Assembly: GCA_008369845.1 (NCBI GenBank)
Contig: MRSU01000244.1
Coordinates: 1 to 44,699 of the forward strand
Reading direction: 5' to 3'
Source: Trichomonas gallinae
Lineage: Eukaryota
Length of the DNA: 44,699 bases
In this document: positions 39,866 to 44,699 of the stretch, piece after piece
How positions within the stretch are numbered: position 1 is the stretch's first letter
Layout of the letters: each line of letters starts with the position of its first letter
Notes under the pieces: model-generated
Databases searched by the model: none
What the model saw: the letters and a program-made list of their open reading frames with translations, nothing else
Told to the model about the DNA's origin: nothing
Made by a program: the position numbers and the translations under genes

Positions 39866-41506
39866 TTATAATCTTGCACGACATTTTGCTTCTATTAGAT
39901 CTAATTCTGCTTCTCCTCTTATGAACTCAGCTTTTTCAGCTTCATCTAAAAGTTCTTGTTTTTTGATTTTGAGTTCTTCGTTCTGCTTTCTCACTTCTTC
40001 AGTCATGTTAATCATCTTCAAGAGCTCTAAGCTTTGAGAATCAGGTTCTCTTTCGAATAATGTTGATGGAGATAATCTGTTGAATTGTGTTGCCGAGTGC
40101 ATCCACCTTGCAAGGCTCAAATCTCCAAATTCGCTGCGTCCCCAGTCGATGAATGCTCGGGGGAAGAAAAGAGGCAGATAAGTGCCAGAATTGACATCAT
40201 GCTGCAGGGAAAAGAAATTCACAGCGTTCTGAACTAATGTCGATCTTTCTTTCTCGCTGAAATAACCAGTCACGAGTCTGTTTATCGAAGCCAGCTGCGC
40301 GACACATTCATTCTCGAGGCTCTGAGAAAGGACCTCACTGTTAGGATACTTAACGCGATATCTTGTGCATGTTATGATGGCCTGAGAAAGTTGTCTTCCT
40401 GACAAATTGTCAAATTTTGTCAAGTTAACATTTTCGTATCTGTTTCCTGGCTTGTAGCACAGATAGGCAGCGAATAACACAAAGAAAGGATCAGACTCCA
40501 AGTTTTTGCATTCCAGGAATTCATTGGGATCAGGCATCAAATCTTGGTTCGCGATTGAAAAAGACTCCAAAAGATATAACAGAGGAATCCTCAAACTCGC
40601 TTTCGAAGAAGCAAGTGACAAAAAGTCAGCCATTTTGAAAGGCGATGACTGCAGTGGATAATACTGGAGGCAGTCAGCTGCAACAATGGCAGCATTGGTA
40701 AGCGATTCATCATTCGCGTCGCCGTGGAATAAGTTGAAAAGCAGTTGGCGTGGAAAATCTTCCTTGAAGAGAATTGATTGCAAAGAGTGGAGATTTGTTA
40801 GGTCATCCGGTGACAGCAGGGCTCTGAAGACGCTCCTAATATGTGAGGACATCGAGGAATCGAAAAATGCTATAATTAATGTTGGAATATGCCCCATTTG
40901 TGAAAAATATTGGCGAGACTGGACATCAGAAATTAATGATGCGAGCATTCTTGCTCCTGACTTATCTGATATAATGGATGGTATGATTTGTTCGATTAAT
41001 CCTGCAAATACGAATGGAACTCGTAAACTTTGATCGAGAGATACGACTTTTGAAATGAATTTGAATACAGACTGGTTATTTGCATGCGAAGAAAATGAGA
41101 CTAAGTCGAGATTGTTTTCAATTATTTCTTTCAAATCTTCTTTTGTCGTAATAACGCGCGAGCATAGATCCAACAGTGTTGGAAGGAAAACTGTTCCGTA
41201 AACGTTTTGATTTTCTGTAGTATATGTTAAAATATTTTTCAAATCCGAAGGTTTCAAATAATTTGTCTCTGAGCGAATAAACAAATATAAAATTGTTGAT
41301 GCTCCTTCAGAATTACCCGATGAAATTAGGTTTAATGCTTGCTGTAATAAAGGCAAAAGTGTTTTTCGATTTATCTCTTTAGATTTTTGCAATAACTGGC
41401 CCAAAGTGTTACAAGAGGAGTCTACATTGTATGCAGTTATTCCGTTGATCAGTTTCGCTGCATACTCTGCATCAGATGAAGAAGAAAATAAACTTAAAAT
41501 CGACAT
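39866..41506 (-). CDS. Uso1/p115-like armadillo head protein with short coiled coil
   Basis: FVFAGLIEQI, QSRQYFSQMGHI, VFRALLSP...LQSIL and FFPRAF are collinear with p115 head motifs. About 45 aa of C-terminal coiled coil. Confidence 0.55.
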   Translation of the reverse strand: MSILSLFSSSSDAEYAAKLINGITAYNVDSSCNTLGQLLQKSKEINRKTLLPLLQQALNLISSGNSEGASTILYLFIRSETNYLKPSDLKNILTYTTENQNVYGTVFLPTLLDLCSRVITTKEDLKEIIENNLDLVSFSSHANNQSVFKFISKVVSLDQSLRVPFVFAGLIEQIIPSIISDKSGARMLASLISDVQSRQYFSQMGHIPTLIIAFFDSSMSSHIRSVFRALLSPDDLTNLHSLQSILFKEDFPRQLLFNLFHGDANDESLTNAAIVAADCLQYYPLQSSPFKMADFLSLASSKASLRIPLLYLLESFSIANQDLMPDPNEFLECKNLESDPFFVLFAAYLCYKPGNRYENVNLTKFDNLSGRQLSQAIITCTRYRVKYPNSEVLSQSLENECVAQLASINRLVTGYFSEKERSTLVQNAVNFFSLQHDVNSGTYLPLFFPRAFIDWGRSEFGDLSLARWMHSATQFNRLSPSTLFEREPDSQSLELLKMINMTEEVRKQNEELKIKKQELLDEAEKAEFIRGEAELDLIEAKCRARL

Positions 41507-42087
41507 TATTTTATTGAGGGGAAGAAATTATTAAACGGGAGAAAATATTAAGGGGCTTAAATAATTAAACCGGAATCTTAACCTTATTTGTCCAAACATT
41601 TCTTTTGACGGAGAAAGTCTAATACATAGATATACATTATATTGTTTGGTTCTATTACATGGATTAGTAATAAAAATGATCATTTAAATGCAAGCAGAAG
41701 CTGCCCAAATCATTTCTATAACTTTTTGTCAAATTCTCAAAGTTTTCATTTATCAAAAGTATTCAATGTTTTTGTTTTATTGGCAACTTTTCATGTATTC
41801 TATTCCATTATTGAATTATAACATGTATAAGGCCTAATATCTTCCATAGAATATTACTATCGAACTCAATTCTACTCCAAGAAGAAACTGTTTGTACATA
41901 TGATTTTTTTTTACTAAGATTTTCAATTTATATGGATCTCAATGCATATCATGATTTATATATAGTGATTCTAATTCTCCATCCGTTCATCATCACATGC
42001 AATAAATTCATTTAATTAATAAAAATGCTATAGAATATAAAACAACAACAAAAATTTATCAAACAAAAAAATACAAATACAAATAAA

Positions 42088-44223
42088 TTATAGACTGAAA
42101 TTCAAATTATCAGAGCTTGTTATAACAGGAAGACCAGTTAAGTTCGCATAAGAGAACTGAGCCTTCATCTCCTCCCATTCGCTCGCCATTGTCGGAATCT
42201 GCGGCTCCCCTTCTATGTTCCAGTTGACGCTTGTTATGTTCATCGTCTTCGCCTTAGGCTTCGAAGGACTCTGCGTGCTTGCTGTGCCACTGACAGCTAT
42301 TGAGCTCTCCCCTTCTATCTCAGTGCTCTCGTCTTCTCCATTCCTCGCCCTCCTCTTCACGGCGTCATTTAATCTGTTCCACGCTGATCTGATTTCTTGA
42401 GCTGTCCTGCGGCTGTGCTCGGACGAGAGAACTTGTATGTCGTGCCTAGGCTTTGTTACTTTGACGATCTTTGGAATTGCGGCTAAAGTGTTGAACAAAT
42501 CGATCAAAATCGAAACATCTGTGATTTCACTTTTGTCGAAATTGATTGTTGTCAGTGACTGGTTGTTGGAGACTATATCCTGCAGTATTGCGAGTCCAAC
42601 ATCACCTAGAGAAGACTCAGAAACGTCTAAATTTTGAAGAGTTTTTGTTGCAAAAAGAGAACCTCTTAATTCTCTAAGGAGTCCGTGCTCAGATTTGAAC
42701 GTCCTCCTTATAGATAGCTTTTCTAGCGGCAGATTTGCAATAATACTCGATAATATTGAGAGATCTAATTGTGAATTAATTTTGTGGCAGTGACAGAGGC
42801 TTAAGTCCCTGAGACATGGCAACTTGAGGATGTATTTAAGAAAATTGTTGCTGATGGAATTCTTATTCCACTCAAGTTTGACGATCATCGCATTTTGGGG
42901 CGCTTCTGCAAGAGATATTAGCAAATCTTCCCAGTCTTCTGTCTCTAGTTTTGCTGATGATAGATTCAATTCTACAGCAGTGCAAAATGGTGTAGATAGG
43001 AGAAATGTAGCCAAAGATTTTCCTTTCCAATCGACATGCTTCAAATCAAACGTGTATAGTGTCTCTGAAAAGGGAAGGTTTCCGGGCAAATCTTCAGAAC
43101 AAAAGTTTCCTGTGAGATTTAATAAACTCAGCGGCAATTTCGTGGAAGAAATGATTGTCAGTGCTTTGGATATCTCTACATTGCAATATGATAACTCTAG
43201 CTGTGTGATATTCGCGTGAATAAAGAAATTCAAGTATTTTGGAACAAAAACGTCATCTAAACCTACAGATTTATCATTAGTGACTGCAAAAAGCTTTATA
43301 CCTGTGTAAGAAGAAGACTCCATGAAAAGAGTTGAGCTTAAAGCTGTGTTAAAATCACAATTATTAAAAACTAAATCGCCAATTAAGCTTTCTTGGATTG
43401 CATTTGATAGCATTTCTGCCATTTTCTCTGTGAATTTAACATTTTCGAACTCAATACTTTGCATTGTGCAACTTTTAATTGAATCACAAAATTGGTCAAA
43501 GCTTTCATAGTTTGAGTAGTTGCTTATTGTTATATGATAGAATTGCGAACTTCTCGAAAGTATTGTAGCGAGTGTTGACCATAATTGAGGAAATCCATCT
43601 CCAATTATCGTCAAATCTTGGATATTTTTAGAATATTTCAATGCGGTAAGTATTGCTTTGAGTGAACTAGAACTAAACGCTTTCTTTTCTATTATTAAAG
43701 GCTTTTTTGACGAAATATAATCTTGTAAAGAGTAAATTACGTTATTTTCAGGTTCAATTGATAAACTGTGGCATGCAGAAAGGTACATGCTTATAATATG
43801 ATTCTTCGAATTTAGTGTTCGTCGCTCAAAAAACTGAGGTAATTTACTAAATGCGGGATGATGATTAGGTAAGAACTCGATTAAATAGTTGAATATTGGC
43901 CTAAAGAACCCACCAATCTCATTGTAATGAATTTCAACGTGTGGATTTTGTTCAACGTGAAAATTGAATTCTGCTTTGTTTAATGTTTGATGAACTTCGA
44001 TTGAAACGAGATCTATCCACGCATACAGCCTAGATACTTTCATAATATTCAGGATATAGGCTGTACACAGATAAACTCCCGCGTTTGTTGCAGTAAAGAA
44101 TCTTTCGTCGAGTTTCCCTTTAGAGTTGAGCTTGTGAACCCACCCATACTGTATAACAGGCTCCACTTTAGTGTTAACTGTCTGTTGAAACAAAGTAAGA
44201 GCCTTCGCTGGAGGAATACTCAT
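42088..44223 (-). CDS. PH-like plus RNI-type leucine-rich repeat protein (CARMIL-like family)
   Basis: N-terminal VHKLNSKGKLDERFFTATNAGVYL (CARMIL-type PH); LRRs such as LNLTGN, LQNLDVSESSLGDVG and LTTINFD. Confidence 0.8.
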   Translation of the reverse strand: MSIPPAKALTLFQQTVNTKVEPVIQYGWVHKLNSKGKLDERFFTATNAGVYLCTAYILNIMKVSRLYAWIDLVSIEVHQTLNKAEFNFHVEQNPHVEIHYNEIGGFFRPIFNYLIEFLPNHHPAFSKLPQFFERRTLNSKNHIISMYLSACHSLSIEPENNVIYSLQDYISSKKPLIIEKKAFSSSSLKAILTALKYSKNIQDLTIIGDGFPQLWSTLATILSRSSQFYHITISNYSNYESFDQFCDSIKSCTMQSIEFENVKFTEKMAEMLSNAIQESLIGDLVFNNCDFNTALSSTLFMESSSYTGIKLFAVTNDKSVGLDDVFVPKYLNFFIHANITQLELSYCNVEISKALTIISSTKLPLSLLNLTGNFCSEDLPGNLPFSETLYTFDLKHVDWKGKSLATFLLSTPFCTAVELNLSSAKLETEDWEDLLISLAEAPQNAMIVKLEWNKNSISNNFLKYILKLPCLRDLSLCHCHKINSQLDLSILSSIIANLPLEKLSIRRTFKSEHGLLRELRGSLFATKTLQNLDVSESSLGDVGLAILQDIVSNNQSLTTINFDKSEITDVSILIDLFNTLAAIPKIVKVTKPRHDIQVLSSEHSRRTAQEIRSAWNRLNDAVKRRARNGEDESTEIEGESSIAVSGTASTQSPSKPKAKTMNITSVNWNIEGEPQIPTMASEWEEMKAQFSYANLTGLPVITSSDNLNFSL

Positions 44224-44299
44224 GAAATTTCGAAAATAACAATTACAAAAAGGTTATTTACAGAATTTCTGTTGAATTTCGAAAAGCTATAACCATTTA

Positions 44300-44440
44300 C
44301 TAGTTTTGACGGACTTAAATCATCAAGATGGAGTCTATCTGCGATTCTAATTGCTTAGAATTAGTATATAACAAAATATTAAAATTCTTGAAATATATCT
44401 GGTTATTTTCTAGTTTTGACGGACACAGATCATCAAAATT
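44300..44440. repeat. Direct repeat CTAGTTTTGACGGAC...ATCATCAA, 110 bp apart
   Basis: Copies at 44300 and 44410, between the LRR gene start and the tRNA. Confidence 0.75.
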
Positions 44441-44619
44441 GATTATATTCATGATTATACTTGTCAGCAATAGTATATATCTCATTTTAGCAGATTTGAA
44501 ATTAGTTGTTCTATTATCGTTCGAGATTTCGTTAAAGATAGCATAAAATTCATCAAGAGAAAACATACTATGCTGGATAATTCAAAGATGTCACACCAAA
44601 AAATAATTTTCAAAAGAGG

Positions 44620-44625
44620 AAAAAA
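44620..44625 (-). terminator. Pol III terminator (T6) for tRNA-Glu
   Basis: A6 on the plus strand lies 3 nt past the tRNA 3' end. Confidence 0.75.
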
Positions 44626-44628
44626 GTT

Positions 44629-44699
44629 TTCCGATACGGGGAGTCGAACCCCGATCCTGTGGATGAAAACCACATATCCTAACCGCTGAACGATATCGG
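44629..44699 (-). tRNA. tRNA-Glu (anticodon TTC), intronless; first nucleotide lies just outside the window
   Basis: Minus strand: (T)CCGATA TC GTTC AGCGGTTA GGAT A TGTGG TT-TTC-AT CCACA GGAT CGGGG TTCGACT CCCCG TATCGGA A. All four stems pair. Confidence 0.96.

Noticed and set aside
16417..41506. Functional cluster of membrane-trafficking or basal-body genes
   Set aside because: These categories are very large in trichomonad genomes and the genes are interspersed with unrelated ones. Chance cannot be excluded without a genome-wide test.
44315..44673. Short ORFs near the right end
   Set aside because: They are AT-rich with no motifs, and one overlaps the tRNA.

Overview
Gene-dense, AT-rich eukaryotic DNA with no visible introns, most consistent with a trichomonad parabasalid (Trichomonas vaginalis or a close relative). 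This rests on short intergenic spacers, TCACT-type initiators and AAAGTGAC elements just upstream of start codons, stop codons often embedded in TAAA, an M60-like surface peptidase, ankyrin and CARMIL-like LRR genes, and a Tom40-like barrel. About 27 intact CDS are supported. They include SEN34, a prefoldin subunit, STK19-like, PTAR1-like, AP-1 sigma, a DHFC-variant palmitoyltransferase, C9orf72-like, SUMO, proteasome alpha-4, CEP135/Bld10, exportin-7 and Uso1/p115-like. There are also two pseudogenes and a tRNA-Glu(TTC) cut by the right window edge. No transposon, CRISPR or rRNA was found. The most striking unexplained structure is non-coding. Several promoters carry arrays of a short motif repeated at about 20 bp or about 30 bp spacing, using at least three motif families (TTACNNGTCA, (AG)ACCCTA, TTATCTTCCA). 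One array has 8 copies at a 30-bp period with a 90-bp higher-order repeat and fills a whole bidirectional promoter. All family assignments come from motifs recognised by eye, not from database searches.
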